A stretch of 62,458 nt of DNA, filler included. It is 6 parts of 6 records of this genome, joined end to end, with 100 filler letters (N's around TTAATTAATTAA, not from the genome) between each part and the next. Parts side by side here need not be neighbours in the genome. Positions count along the whole stretch, not along the records: positions 1 to 23,328 come from SRR31147125_53225; 5 more parts are not named here. One strand, 5' to 3'. A program made the position numbers and the translations under genes. The notes below the pieces were generated by a model. It saw only the letters and a list, made by a program, of their open reading frames with translations, was not told the origin of the DNA and did not search any database. Below are positions 1 to 13,034 of the stretch, one piece after another. The stretch's first letter is position 1; every line of letters begins with the position of its first letter.

Positions 1-58
1 CCCTTTCCGGAAAGATGGCGACGGGAAGGCCCCTGTCGCCACCGTGTTCTCTCCGTGT

Positions 59-1117
59 TTATTCGGTAGTGCCGATTACGCCCTGGACGAACCAGGTCAT
101 GCCGAGCAACTCTTCGTCGCTCATCGCAGTACCGGCAGCAACCTTCTCAACTCCCTTCTGGTCCTTGATCGGGCCGACAAAAACTTTTTCTCCACCCTTG
201 ATGGCCTCTTTTTGGGCCATAACTTTATCCTGGACATCCTTGGGAACCATGTCGCTCATCGGCGCCAAATCGACGATACCGTCGTCAAGGCCCGGCCAGG
301 ATGACTCGGCTTTCCATGATCCGTCTTGTACCTGGCTTACGATTTTCTTGTAAAACGGCCCCCAGTTCCAGATCGGGGCGGTCAGGTGCGATTTGGGAGC
401 GAAGGTGCTCATATCCGTGTTGTAGCCGATCGAATAGACCCCCTTCTCTTGGGCCGCTTCCTGCGGACCGGGAGAGTCCTGATGCTGCGCAATCACGTCT
501 GCACCAACGTCGAGCAGCGATTTGGCCGCCTCTTTCTCGGTGGCCGGATCATACCAGGTTTTGGTCCACACCACGCGGACCGTGGCGTCCGGGTTGACCG
601 ACTGCGCGCCCAGGGCAAACGCGTTGATACCGCGGATTACTTCAGGAATGGGGAACGCCGCTGCATAGCCGATGGTGTTGGATTTGGTCATCGCACCGGC
701 AACGATACCCGACAGATAGCGGGCCTGGTACATGCGGCCGAAATAGTTGCCCATGTTGTCAGCCATCTTGAAACCGGAGCAATGCATAAAGGTAGTATCC
801 GGAAACTGCTTGGCTACCTTGAGCATCGGATCCATGTAGCCGAAACTGGTCGCAAAAATCACGTCATAGCCCTTACGTGCCATGTTGAGGATGACCCGCT
901 CCGAGTCCGGCCCCTCTGCGACCGCTTCGACGTAGGAAGTTTTCACCCCGTCCACAGCCTCAAGAACCTGGCGCGCCTGATCATGGGCGTACGACCATCC
1001 CGCATCACCAATCGGGGAAACATACACGAAACCAACATTCGTATCCTCTGCCACCGCCTGTGAGAGACAGAGTCCGATGCCGAGCATCGCCGTTGTTAAT
1101 ATTCTGCCTAAACGCAT
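59..1117 (-). CDS. BMP family ABC transporter substrate-binding protein (purine/nucleoside-binding type)
   Basis: 352-aa ORF with signal peptide and BMP/PnrA-type motifs (GFVYVSPIGDAGWSYAHD, IFATSFGY, PEVIRGINAFALG, WYDP). Confidence 0.9.
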   Translation of the reverse strand: MRLGRILTTAMLGIGLCLSQAVAEDTNVGFVYVSPIGDAGWSYAHDQARQVLEAVDGVKTSYVEAVAEGPDSERVILNMARKGYDVIFATSFGYMDPMLKVAKQFPDTTFMHCSGFKMADNMGNYFGRMYQARYLSGIVAGAMTKSNTIGYAAAFPIPEVIRGINAFALGAQSVNPDATVRVVWTKTWYDPATEKEAAKSLLDVGADVIAQHQDSPGPQEAAQEKGVYSIGYNTDMSTFAPKSHLTAPIWNWGPFYKKIVSQVQDGSWKAESSWPGLDDGIVDLAPMSDMVPKDVQDKVMAQKEAIKGGEKVFVGPIKDQKGVEKVAAGTAMSDEELLGMTWFVQGVIGTTE

Positions 1118-1162
1118 GTCCTTCCTCCTGCTTGTTGAAGCATTATTAGATTTATAAAAGGT

Positions 1163-1898
1163 TTATAAAACCTGTTTCAAGAATAACTTCGTTCGATCTT
1201 CCCTGGGCTCAATGAAAAAATGCTCCGGAGTTCCCTCTTCGACTACCTTGCCTTCATCCATGAACAGGACACGATCGGCCACCTCGCGGGCAAAGCCCAT
1301 CTCGTGGGTGACCACCATCATGGTCATCCCTTCCCGCGCCAGCGTCTTCATAACGTCGAGAACCTCGCCGACCATCTCGGGGTCGAGCGCCGATGTCGGC
1401 TCGTCGAAGAGCATGACCTTCGGGTCCATGGCCAGCGCCCGCGCTATCGCGACCCGCTGCTGCTGACCGCCGGACAGCCGGGACGGGTACTCCTGCTCCT
1501 TGTCCGCGATGCCGACCTTGGTGAGCAGGGCCCTGGCCTTTTCCCGAGCCTCATTTCTACTGCGTTTCCGTACGCGCTGCTGAGCGAGGGTGAGGTTATC
1601 GAGAACCGTCTTGTGCGGAAAGAGGTTGAACTGCTGAAACACCATCCCCACTTCGGCCCGAATCTTGTTGATATTGGTCTTCTTGTCGGCGATATCCACG
1701 CCGTCGATATAGACGTGCCCGTCGGTGAACATTTCCAGGCCGTTGATGCATCTGATAAACGTCGATTTGCCAGATCCCGAAGGGCCGATAACCACAACCA
1801 CTTCGCCCTTGTCGACCGTCGTCGATACCCCGTCCAACAGCCCGAACAGTGACACCCCTGCCGGTAAATATTTTTGTGACGTTTTCTGCTCTAATCAC
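1163..1898 (-). CDS. polar amino acid ABC transporter ATP-binding protein (GlnQ-like), one-base frameshift near 1836
   Basis: Walker A GPSGSGKS, signature LSGGQQQR, Walker B MLFDEPTS. The N-terminus [11 protein letters not shown] (GTG at 1898) is in another frame and joins if one base of GCTGTTGGAC is removed. Confidence 0.88.
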
Positions 1899-2850
1899 TG
1901 ACCCTGAGCCTCCGCTCCAGATAGAATACGAATTGCGACAAGACCGAGGTCACAATCAGATACATCGCGGCAACCACCAGCCAGATCTCGAACGTCGCAA
2001 ACGTCGACGTAATGATCTCCCGGCCCGATTTGGTCAAATCGGTGATCGCGATGACGGATACCAGGGAAGAATCTTTTATCAGGCTGATGAACTGGCCCGA
2101 GAGCGGCGGCAGAATCCGCTTGAACGCCTGGGGCAGGATGATGTCCATCATCGCCTGGGGCATACTCATCCCCAGCGACCGCGCCGCCTCCATCTGTCCC
2201 TTGGGGATGGACTGAATACCGGCCCGGATGATCTCCGCCACATATGCACCGGCAAAAAGAGCCAGGGCCCCGATACCGGCAGCGTTGCGACCGACATTGA
2301 AGACAGTACCGAAGAAGAAGTAGGCGATGAAGATCTGGACCAGCAGCGGTGTTCCCCGGATGACCTCCACATAGATCGCCGCCAGGGTCCGCACGGTGTA
2401 GTTCTGCGAGACCTTCATCAATCCCGCGATCAGCCCGAGGGCAAGTCCCAGCACGCTCGCAGCCGCCGAGATCCACATGGTGGTCATCAGCCCGGTGAGC
2501 AGCGGACCCGCCCGCCATTCGTTCACGTAGCCGATCGTATCACCTTCGAAGAGGTCTTCACCCTGGCTGACCTTGACGGTCCCGCCGTCGACGGTAACCT
2601 GCTGCTTCTCACCACTCTCCGAGACCATCGTCACCAGCGCATCGTCCCCGCTGGCGTCAATCGCCTCGATGATCCCGTCAAATGGAATCTTGATTGGATC
2701 TTCCGCGTTGTACAGGAAGTACTGCGGGACCCGGTACCAGCGCCACTGATAATCAATGCGCTGGACCGAGCCCCAGATACCGGCGGCCGACACAATCAGG
2801 ATCGCGGCCAGAAGTAGTTTCCAGGGCCAGACCCTGTCGGTGGCAGTCAC
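1891..2850 (-). CDS. polar amino acid ABC transporter permease
   Basis: HisM/GlnP motifs [41 protein letters not shown]. Confidence 0.93.
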   Translation of the reverse strand: MTATDRVWPWKLLLAAILIVSAAGIWGSVQRIDYQWRWYRVPQYFLYNAEDPIKIPFDGIIEAIDASGDDALVTMVSESGEKQQVTVDGGTVKVSQGEDLFEGDTIGYVNEWRAGPLLTGLMTTMWISAAASVLGLALGLIAGLMKVSQNYTVRTLAAIYVEVIRGTPLLVQIFIAYFFFGTVFNVGRNAAGIGALALFAGAYVAEIIRAGIQSIPKGQMEAARSLGMSMPQAMMDIILPQAFKRILPPLSGQFISLIKDSSLVSVIAITDLTKSGREIITSTFATFEIWLVVAAMYLIVTSVLSQFVFYLERRLRVSD

Positions 2851-2876
2851 GGAATAATATCCTCTTTTCTGGGTTA

Positions 2877-3677
2877 TTACTGGATTTCCTTACGCCAGGA
2901 GTCGTCACCGAACCACTTGCCGTAGATTTTCTCGTACGTTCCGTCGTTCTTGATCTGGAACATGAAGTTATTCAGCCAGTTCAGGAAGTCGGGATCGCCC
3001 TTCCGGACAGCCCATGCGAGCGGCTCATAGGTGAACGGCGTCTCAATGTGAAACATCTTGTCGCCGCCTTTCTCGGCGAATGCAATCGCGTTGAACGGCA
3101 TGTCGTAGATAAACGCGTCGATCTTGCCGTTGATCAGCTCCATGACGCCTTCCTGCTCTGTCTCATAGGAGATATATTCGGCTTTTCCGACCATGCGCTT
3201 CGTGGCCTGCTCGCCAGTGGTTCCCAGCTTGGAGCCAACGACGTATTTCGGATCATTGAGGTCCATGTAGGAACTGATCTGCCCTTCATATTTTTTCTGA
3301 ACCAGTGCGGTCTGACCGATGATGATATACGGCTGGGCGAAGTTGATAGACATGTTGCGTTCCTGGGTCAGCGTCATGCCGGACATGATGATATCGAACT
3401 TGTCGGTCAGCAGTGCGGGGATAATTCCATCCCATGCGGTGGAAACCAGTTCCAGCTCAACGCCCATCGATTTGGCCATACGCTTTGCCATATCGACGTC
3501 AAAACCGATGATCTCACCCTTCTTGTTGGTCAACTCAAACGGCATGTAGCCCGGTTCCATACCGACACGCAGCGTTCCTCTTTTCTGGATTTCATCGAGG
3601 GCACCTGCCATCAGTCCGGTTGTGCTCAGCATGAAAGCAGCCAGAACTACACACGTCATCACAAGTCTTTTCATCAT
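2877..3677 (-). CDS. polar amino acid ABC transporter substrate-binding protein
   Basis: Signal peptide and SBP_bac_3 motifs (YMPFE, GFDVD, WDGIIPAL, SGMTLTQER); first gene of the ABC operon. Confidence 0.93.
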   Translation of the reverse strand: MMKRLVMTCVVLAAFMLSTTGLMAGALDEIQKRGTLRVGMEPGYMPFELTNKKGEIIGFDVDMAKRMAKSMGVELELVSTAWDGIIPALLTDKFDIIMSGMTLTQERNMSINFAQPYIIIGQTALVQKKYEGQISSYMDLNDPKYVVGSKLGTTGEQATKRMVGKAEYISYETEQEGVMELINGKIDAFIYDMPFNAIAFAEKGGDKMFHIETPFTYEPLAWAVRKGDPDFLNWLNNFMFQIKNDGTYEKIYGKWFGDDSWRKEIQ

Positions 3678-4058
3678 AATCTCCTTTTCCTCATGTTGGA
3701 CAGTTTACACAGGCAGCAGCCGTAACGGCAGCCGCTTTTCACTTTGGTTCATTTTCCTTTGCCGGATACCTTTCAACATCCTCCTCCAGGATATCTACGG
3801 GAAAGTGTTTTTATAACATAGCACTGTATCCAGAACAACTTCCTTTTCAGGTTGGCTGAGTTGGGAGCCTTTTATCGCGGGATCTCGAGAACAGGAACAG
3901 AGAATGCTTCTCCAGCACCGCTCGTTCACTCGCCCCCCGGCTTGCATCGATACATTTCCCGCACGATGGGTCGAACAAAATCTTGAATCACGATGTCAAA
4001 CGATATATCCTATGTTAGGCATCTAAAATAGCTAACTATATTTTTCAAGGAGACTATC

Positions 4059-4889
4059 ATGACCGCTGTTCTGAACCTGAAGGGAATTGTTCGCCTTGCC
4101 GTTACCTGCCTCATTCCGGTCATCGCTACCAGCTGCGTAGGCATGCAGATGGGGTCACAGTCTGCAAAAACAACAGCAACCGGTTCGACTGCCGGGGCAA
4201 CGTCACAAAATGCCAACTCGGTACTGGAAAGATGTGACGCACCCCTCGGTACCATGGCAGTGGTAGAGGATACCTCCGCGACCTGGTACACGTACCTGAC
4301 CACCCAGTGGCAGCTAGGACCGACCACGCCGGTCCTGAAAATGCTTGCCCAGCAGTCAGGCTGCTTCGTCGTCGTCGAGCGCGGCGCCGCGATGCACAAC
4401 GTGATGAAGGAGCGCAACCTGAATCAGTCGGGCGAACTCCGTCAGGATTCGAATTTCGGAAAAGGCCAGATGGTTGCGGCCGACTACTCGATGAACCCTT
4501 CGATAACCTTCAGCAATAACAACGCCGGAAAGATTGGCGGCGCACTCGGCGGGCTGTTTGGTGATGTGGGCGCGGCCATCGGCGGCAGTCTCAACATGAA
4601 GGAGGCAAGCACGATGCTGACGCTGATCGACAACCGCTCGAGCGTGCAACTCGCCGCGGCAGAGGGCAGTGCCCGCAATGTCGACCTGGGAGCCATGGGC
4701 AGCCTCTTTGCAAACGGCATCGGCGGCGGACTCGGCGGTTATACAAACACGTCCGAAGGCAAAGTGATCGTCGCATCGTTTACCGACTCGTTCAACAACC
4801 TGGTACGAGCGCTCAGGAATTACAAGGCCCAGCAGATGGAAGGTGGCCTCGGCACCGGCGGCAAGCTGAAAGTTCAGGGTGGAAATTAA
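4059..4889 (+). CDS. CsgG/HfaB family lipoprotein
   Basis: Lipobox-like IATSC; QQSGCFVVVERG and ERNL..SGELR..SNFGKGQMVAADY motifs; glycine-rich hairpins. Confidence 0.75.
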   Translation: MTAVLNLKGIVRLAVTCLIPVIATSCVGMQMGSQSAKTTATGSTAGATSQNANSVLERCDAPLGTMAVVEDTSATWYTYLTTQWQLGPTTPVLKMLAQQSGCFVVVERGAAMHNVMKERNLNQSGELRQDSNFGKGQMVAADYSMNPSITFSNNNAGKIGGALGGLFGDVGAAIGGSLNMKEASTMLTLIDNRSSVQLAAAEGSARNVDLGAMGSLFANGIGGGLGGYTNTSEGKVIVASFTDSFNNLVRALRNYKAQQMEGGLGTGGKLKVQGGN

Positions 4890-5007
4890 GCAGCCTGAAA
4901 GCCAACCGGCAGAAATAACCGCAGTTCACACGTATCCAACACATCAGGCAGAGTCTTCGGGCTCTGCCTGTTTTATTCTCTGAACGGTTCTCCCTCACCT
5001 TGTCCGT

Positions 5008-5628
5008 ATGATCAAACTCCACCATGACCTGCTGATCGGCACCGGCACTCTCAGGGCCTGTTATCATTACCCGGACAAATCGGATCTGGTCATCAAGGTT
5101 CCGATAGCCGGCAGGCCGGAGGGCAATGACGCCAACGAAAAGGAGTGGAGGAGCTACCATCATTTTTCTCGTTCTCATCCCGGAATCGAACACATCAGCC
5201 ATTGCCGCAGCTTCGTCGACACCGACCGCGGCCCCGGCCTGGTCTGCGACTGCATTCGTGATCCCGACGGAAGCGTGTCGAGCACGCTCTGGGATATTGT
5301 GGTGCACCGGCAATCATGCGATATTAACGACCTGGTCAGGGTGGCTGACAATCTCTGCACCTACCTGGTCGCAAACGATATCTTCCTGTTCGACATCAAC
5401 CTGAAGAACATCGTCTACCAGGTACAACCGGATACCACCTACAGACCGTATGTAATCGACCTGAAAGGCCCATACGACAACAAGGAATTTCTCCAGCTGT
5501 CAAGTCGTATCAGGTTCCTGGGAAGAAGAAAGCTCAAGCGCAGAGCGCGGCAGCTGCTGGAACGCATCGTTCAGTTCAGGGATCAGCGGGAGGAGCTGAA
5601 AGAAATCGATTCGCCGGCACACCGCTAA
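5008..5628 (+). CDS. YrbL family (kinase-like) protein
   Basis: IGTGTLRACYHYP, IKV, VDTDRGPGLVCDCIRDPDG, DINLKNIV, VID motifs typical of YrbL. Confidence 0.75.
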   Translation: MIKLHHDLLIGTGTLRACYHYPDKSDLVIKVPIAGRPEGNDANEKEWRSYHHFSRSHPGIEHISHCRSFVDTDRGPGLVCDCIRDPDGSVSSTLWDIVVHRQSCDINDLVRVADNLCTYLVANDIFLFDINLKNIVYQVQPDTTYRPYVIDLKGPYDNKEFLQLSSRIRFLGRRKLKRRARQLLERIVQFRDQREELKEIDSPAHR

Positions 5629-5653
5629 CCCGATGGCGCACCTGGCTGAGGAG

Positions 5654-6447
5654 TTATTCCGACTGCAGCTTCAGAAAAAGATCGCCGCGCCCGCCATTGC
5701 CAACACGCCCTTTGCCTCGCAATCGCAACCGCGACCCAACGGTGCTGTCCGGTGGGATCTTCACTTTGAGCATTTCCTGGCCGTCGGGTCCTTCGGATAC
5801 CACCTGCACCGTTTTGCCCCGCTTCATTTCATCTGCGGAAAGTGTCAGCATATAGGTTATGTCGTCAGAAGACGGCGCCTGTTCCGAAACCGGGGATGGA
5901 GCCGTCTCCGGCTGCCCACCACCCAGCAACGAGCCGATTTTATTGCCGACGTTCTTGAGCAGCGTGTTTTTTCCCGACAACTGCTTGCCGGCTGAGTTGA
6001 GCAGTGCCGGTCCTACCAGAGAGCCGACCATGAAGAGACCGCCGATAAACAGCCCCTTCCCGCCAAAAAAACTCTGTCTGACGAAATGGCTCGAGGACCT
6101 GAAACCGCTGCGCTGGAACTCGCGCAACAAATTCTGGAACATCATCTGGAAGCGCGGATCCTTGAACAGGTCCCGCAGAATGTCTTCCTGGCTGTAGGTA
6201 AAACCGCCCTGCTGCGCATTGTCCTGCCATTCCCCCCGAAGCTTCTGGCCCGATCATATTGGGAGCGTTTTGTCGGATCGGTCAGCACCCCATAAGCCTC
6301 GGCCACTTCTTTGAATCTCTCTTCTGCCGAAGGATCATCGGGATTGCGATCCGGGTGATACTGCATCGCGAGCGTGCGGTACTGTCGCCGGATATCGTCA
6401 TCGCTGCTGTCCTCGGTAACCCCGAGTATCTGGTAATAATCCTTCAT
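5654..6447 (-). CDS. DnaJ/CbpA-like J-domain protein, frameshifted at the G homopolymer 6232-6237
   Basis: J domain ([16 protein letters not shown]) and DnaJ_C (VKIPP, LRLRGKG, GRGDLF). Adding one G gives the continuous [26 protein letters not shown]. Confidence 0.85.
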
Positions 6448-6698
6448 ATGCCTGAATTTACGTTGTTTACGTTTTTAGATCACAAATCATTGTCAGTAAC
6501 AAACTATAAAGAAGCATTTTAAAAATACCATTCTTTTCCTCATATCCAGGTCCACGGGAATGATTTCATTCGCAGCTGTCATCCTCGTCCCACCGCCTGT
6601 GATTTCACCACACCCCTTGATTATCAACGAGATATCACCTATCATTACGGGATAACAGAAGAAAAAAGCACTACTCATCTAACAGCCATCGGTTAGCC

Positions 6699-8861
<2,163 letters not shown>

Positions 8862-8873
8862 GTCGGTGCGATA

Positions 8874-10760
8874 CTACGCAAGCTCGTCGAACCGGCAGGT
8901 AAGCACCAGTTCGCCGTCCTCGAGCTGTTTCTTCACCTTGTACGGCAGGGTCTTGAACAGGTTGATCATTCCCTGGTTGGACGGGAACGTGTACGCGATG
9001 AGTCCGGCGATCCCGCTTTCACGGGCGGCTCCTGCAAGTTTGTGGAGAAACTTCTTGCCCAGCCCCTTCCCCTGGAACTCAGGGCTGACTGAAAATGCCA
9101 CCTCGGCCATATTGACAGTTCTCAGCCGCATACTTTCCGCCACCGCAACCACCTGGCCAAAACCGAATTCTCCGACGACGGCCAGCAGAGTCAGACTGTT
9201 CACGTAGTCGATCTGGGAGCGTACCTCCACGTCCTGGCGTCCAAAGATGGTCTTCTGCCCGAAGAAACGCGACACGACGTCTTCTTTCGGCAGGGAATAG
9301 TAGTGTTCCTGGATACGACGCTCGTCGACCGGCTTCGCCGGCCTGATGAAGATCTCTTCTCCGTCGATGTCGATCTCTTCTTCAAGCTGTATCGGATAGA
9401 CCGCCTTCACCGCCTCACCGAGCGAGCGCTCCCTGCCGATCAGGCTCTGCTGTTTCGCCTCCTCGAACAGTTCCTCGCGGAAATCCGGATGGGCGATCAT
9501 GATCATCGCGATAACCCGCTCCTGCAGACTTTTACCGAACAGGTTGACGGCCCCGTATTCGGTTACCACATAATGTACATCGCCCCGGGGAACTACCACC
9601 GCCGCATCATCGAGTTTCGGCACGACATTCGAGATCAGCTGGCCGTCCCTATCTTCACGGGTGGACAAAAGCATCAGGATCGATTTGCCGCCCGGGGAAC
9701 GTCGCGCACCACGCACGAAGTCAGGTATACCCGAAACACCGGCAAAACGGGTCTCCACGGACGCCTCTGCGGAAACCTGGCCGGTCAGGTCCATGCTATA
9801 AGCCACGTTGAGCGAGACCATCCGGTTGTGCTGGCCGATCACGAACGGGTCATTAACATAGTCCGACGGGTGAAAATCGACAGCCGGGTTGTCGTTGAGG
9901 AACTCGTACAGGTCATGGCTGCCTACCGCCATCGACGCAACCATCTTCCCGTCATTGCACCCCTTTTTCTGGTTGGTGACAATTCCCTTGGCATAGAGCT
10001 GCATGATATCGTCGGTAATGAACTGGGAGTGGATGCCGAGATCGTTCTTATCGCTCAGCCCCCGTACCGTCGCCTGGGAGGCTGCGTCCAGCCCGATCTG
10101 CAAGGTCGCTCCGTCCTCAATCAGATGGGCGATATGACTGCCGATCTCATTGGCTGCATCGGAAACGGAGCGGGTCGGCAGCACCGCGAGCAGGTCCTCC
10201 TCGTGCTCGACGACATAGTCGACATAATTAGTGTGGATGAAGCTCTGTCCCATGACCCTGGGCATTTTCGGGTTCACCTGTGCGATGACCACGTCGGCGG
10301 ATCGTGCAGCGGCCATAGTCACGTCAACGGAGATACCGAGACTCATCCAGCCGAAATCATCCGGCGGAGACACCTGGATCAGTGCCACATTGAGCGGCAT
10401 TTTGCGGGACAGGAACAGGCCCGGGACATCAGACATGTTCATCGGTGTAATGAATCGTTTGTGGCGTGCAATCGATTCTGATTTGGCTGAACCGAGATAT
10501 ATCGAGCGGATATTGAGGCTCGTATCCATGGTCTTGTCAGCGATCGCCGTGAGCGATGCGGTCTCTCTCCCGAGCAGTCGAACAATCTCCAGCCCACTGA
10601 AAGTGTTCGCATTTTCGGTCAATGCCTGGACCAGGTGCTGCGGTTCTCCGCATCCCGATCCGATGAACACCCGCTGACCGGATTTAATCAGTGCCACCGC
10701 CTGGTTGGCGGTAATCTGTTTCTGTACGTATCCGTCCGCCCAGTATTGCGAGGCATGCAT
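8874..10760 (-). CDS. acetyl-CoA hydrolase/transferase-family domain fused to a C-terminal GNAT acetyltransferase
   Basis: N-terminal 4-hydroxybutyrate CoA-transferase fold (IQVSPPD, SLGISVD, VTEYGAVNL, IAHPDFR); C-terminal GNAT (AEVAFSVSPEFQGKGLGK). Confidence 0.88.
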   Translation of the reverse strand: MHASQYWADGYVQKQITANQAVALIKSGQRVFIGSGCGEPQHLVQALTENANTFSGLEIVRLLGRETASLTAIADKTMDTSLNIRSIYLGSAKSESIARHKRFITPMNMSDVPGLFLSRKMPLNVALIQVSPPDDFGWMSLGISVDVTMAAARSADVVIAQVNPKMPRVMGQSFIHTNYVDYVVEHEEDLLAVLPTRSVSDAANEIGSHIAHLIEDGATLQIGLDAASQATVRGLSDKNDLGIHSQFITDDIMQLYAKGIVTNQKKGCNDGKMVASMAVGSHDLYEFLNDNPAVDFHPSDYVNDPFVIGQHNRMVSLNVAYSMDLTGQVSAEASVETRFAGVSGIPDFVRGARRSPGGKSILMLLSTREDRDGQLISNVVPKLDDAAVVVPRGDVHYVVTEYGAVNLFGKSLQERVIAMIMIAHPDFREELFEEAKQQSLIGRERSLGEAVKAVYPIQLEEEIDIDGEEIFIRPAKPVDERRIQEHYYSLPKEDVVSRFFGQKTIFGRQDVEVRSQIDYVNSLTLLAVVGEFGFGQVVAVAESMRLRTVNMAEVAFSVSPEFQGKGLGKKFLHKLAGAARESGIAGLIAYTFPSNQGMINLFKTLPYKVKKQLEDGELVLTCRFDELA

Positions 10761-10993
10761 GGTCGATCTCCATCGTGTCGATTGTGGGTAAAGGCCTGCT
10801 GATGAATCAAAGCGGCGACGAGCGGAGTTGTCCCGTCACCGCCGCCGGCTGGATCTTTCTGCATTCAGGGTAGCTTCAGTTATACGATGAATAGCCACCG
10901 CGCTCAATCAGAATCGACAGAGTGGACAAAGAATGGAATGTCCGGTGTCACGATAATTTCCCCGAACCGGTTCACAGGCCCGGGAAAATCGGT

Positions 10994-12151
10994 TCAGGAG
11001 AATTCGGCTAGTATCGAGCGGGCGATAATCAGCCGCTGGATTTCGCTGGTTCCCTCATAGATGGTTGTAATGCGGGCATCCCGGGCATAACGTTCGATCG
11101 GGTAATCTGTCGTGTAGCCATACCCGCCAAGAATCTGCATCGCGTCGTAGCAGGCGCTGTTGGCCGCCTCGGTAGCAAAGAGTTTGGCCATCGACGCCTC
11201 TTTTGCGAACGACCGCCCCTGCTCTTTTTTAAACGCGGCATTCATCAGCAGCAGGCGGGCGGCCTCAAGCTCCGTATAGCGATCCGCAATCTTCCACTGA
11301 ATTGCCTGAAACTCGCTGATCTTCCTGTTGAACTGAACGCGTTCCTGAGAATACGCCGTTGCCGCGTCCATCGCCGCAAGCCCGACCCCGAGCCCAAGCG
11401 AGCCAATGCCGATGCGTCCCCCGGCGAGTTCCGACACGGCCACGCGAAAGCCGTCGTTCAACCTACCCATCAGCGCATCGGCGGGGATCCGGCAGTCCTG
11501 GAACAGCAGCTCGTTGGTCGACGAGGCCTGCTGCCCCATCTTCTTCTCCGCCTTGCCGATCTCAAACCCCTCCGTCCCGGCCTCGACCAGAAACACGCTG
11601 ACCCCTTTGCCCTTCGGAGCGTCGGGATCGGTAACCGCCCACACCACGAACACGCCGGCACATTCCGCACTGGTGATAAAAATCTTGGTGCCGTTGAGAA
11701 TCCACTCATCACCGTCGCGCACGGCGCTGGTGGTCATCGATGCCGGATCAGACCCGGCCCCCGGTTCGGTCAGCCCGAACGCGCCCGCCAGGTACTCGCC
11801 GCTGCAGATTTTCGGGATATACCTCTGTTTCTGCTCCTCGGTGCCCAGGGACTGGATCACTTCACAGACCATGTTGTTCACCGACACCGTAACCGCCGTT
11901 GACGCGCAGGCCCGGGCGATCTCCGTCAGCGCCACGGAAAATGCAATGGTGCCGGCCTCGGCGCCACCATACTGATCGGCGATGTTGAGCCCCATGAACC
12001 CGAGTTCCGCGAGCTTGCGCAGGTTATCATGAAATAGCTCCGGGTCTTTGGTCTGGTCAAGCTCAGCGGCGACGGGTTCGAGCTCCGCCCGGGCGAATTC
12101 CCCAGCCGTATCCTGGATCAATTTCTGTTCTTCAGTCAGATCGAGATTCAT
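10994..12151 (-). CDS. short-chain (butyryl-CoA type) acyl-CoA dehydrogenase
   Basis: FGLTEPGAGSD, LNGTKIFIT, GRIGI, RVQF..KI..FQAIQ, QILGGYGY, IYEGTSEIQ. Confidence 0.95.
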   Translation of the reverse strand: MNLDLTEEQKLIQDTAGEFARAELEPVAAELDQTKDPELFHDNLRKLAELGFMGLNIADQYGGAEAGTIAFSVALTEIARACASTAVTVSVNNMVCEVIQSLGTEEQKQRYIPKICSGEYLAGAFGLTEPGAGSDPASMTTSAVRDGDEWILNGTKIFITSAECAGVFVVWAVTDPDAPKGKGVSVFLVEAGTEGFEIGKAEKKMGQQASSTNELLFQDCRIPADALMGRLNDGFRVAVSELAGGRIGIGSLGLGVGLAAMDAATAYSQERVQFNRKISEFQAIQWKIADRYTELEAARLLLMNAAFKKEQGRSFAKEASMAKLFATEAANSACYDAMQILGGYGYTTDYPIERYARDARITTIYEGTSEIQRLIIARSILAEFS

Positions 12152-12198
12152 TCCGTACCCTTCTGTAAACGGTTATCTGGATTCATCTACTGCGTTAA

Positions 12199-12981
12199 TC
12201 ACTTATCTCGGAATTCGGCCGTGCGCTTTTCCAGAAACGCCTTCATCCCCTCACGCTGATCCTCACTTGCAAAGCAGACACCGAAAAGATCCGACTCATA
12301 GCGGCAGCCGTTGCCCAGGTCCATGTCCATACCGGCCCTCACCACCTCTTTGCACAACCTGACCGCCAACGGCCCCTTGGCTGCAATCTTCTCCATGATA
12401 CCAAGGCACTCCCGCCGCAACTCCTCCTGCTTCACGACCCGATTCACCAGGCCGATCCGGCGTGCCTCCTCCGCGTCGATCATGCCCCCGGTAAACAGCA
12501 TCTCCAGAGCGTGACCGGTGCCGACGAGGCGCGGCAGACGCTGGGTTCCGCCAAAACCTGGAATCACCCCAAGGCCAACCTCCGGCAGACCGAATTTTGC
12601 GTTTTCACTGCAGATCCTGATATCGCATGCCAGGGCCAGCTCACAGCCACCGCCCAGCGCAAACCCGTTCACCGCCGCAATCACCGGTTTGCTGAAAGAC
12701 GCGACGGTATCCATCACCCGGTGCCCGAGCTTACCCATCTGCCGTCCTTCCAGCGCGTTGAAGTCCTGCATCGCGGCGATGTCGGCACCGGCAACGAACG
12801 CCTTCTCCCCCGCTCCGGTGACCACGACCCCAACCAGGTCATCCTGTGCTGAGAGATCTTCGAAAACCCGGATCAGTTCCTCGAGGGTCTCCGGATTCAG
12901 GGCGTTGAGCGTTTTTGGCCGATTGATCGTCACAACGGCGGCCTTGCCTTCCATTTCGCAGATCAGGTTTTTCAGATCCAT
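12199..12981 (-). CDS. short-chain enoyl-CoA hydratase (crotonase)
   Basis: AFVAGADI, AVNGFALGGGCELALACD, PEVGLGVIPGFGGTQRLPR. Confidence 0.95.
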   Translation of the reverse strand: MDLKNLICEMEGKAAVVTINRPKTLNALNPETLEELIRVFEDLSAQDDLVGVVVTGAGEKAFVAGADIAAMQDFNALEGRQMGKLGHRVMDTVASFSKPVIAAVNGFALGGGCELALACDIRICSENAKFGLPEVGLGVIPGFGGTQRLPRLVGTGHALEMLFTGGMIDAEEARRIGLVNRVVKQEELRRECLGIMEKIAAKGPLAVRLCKEVVRAGMDMDLGNGCRYESDLFGVCFASEDQREGMKAFLEKRTAEFRDK

Positions 12982-13034
12982 ATTTTTCTCCAGCGTTTCC
13001 TTTTATTTTCAGTGGCTTCGCACGTGATTACAGG

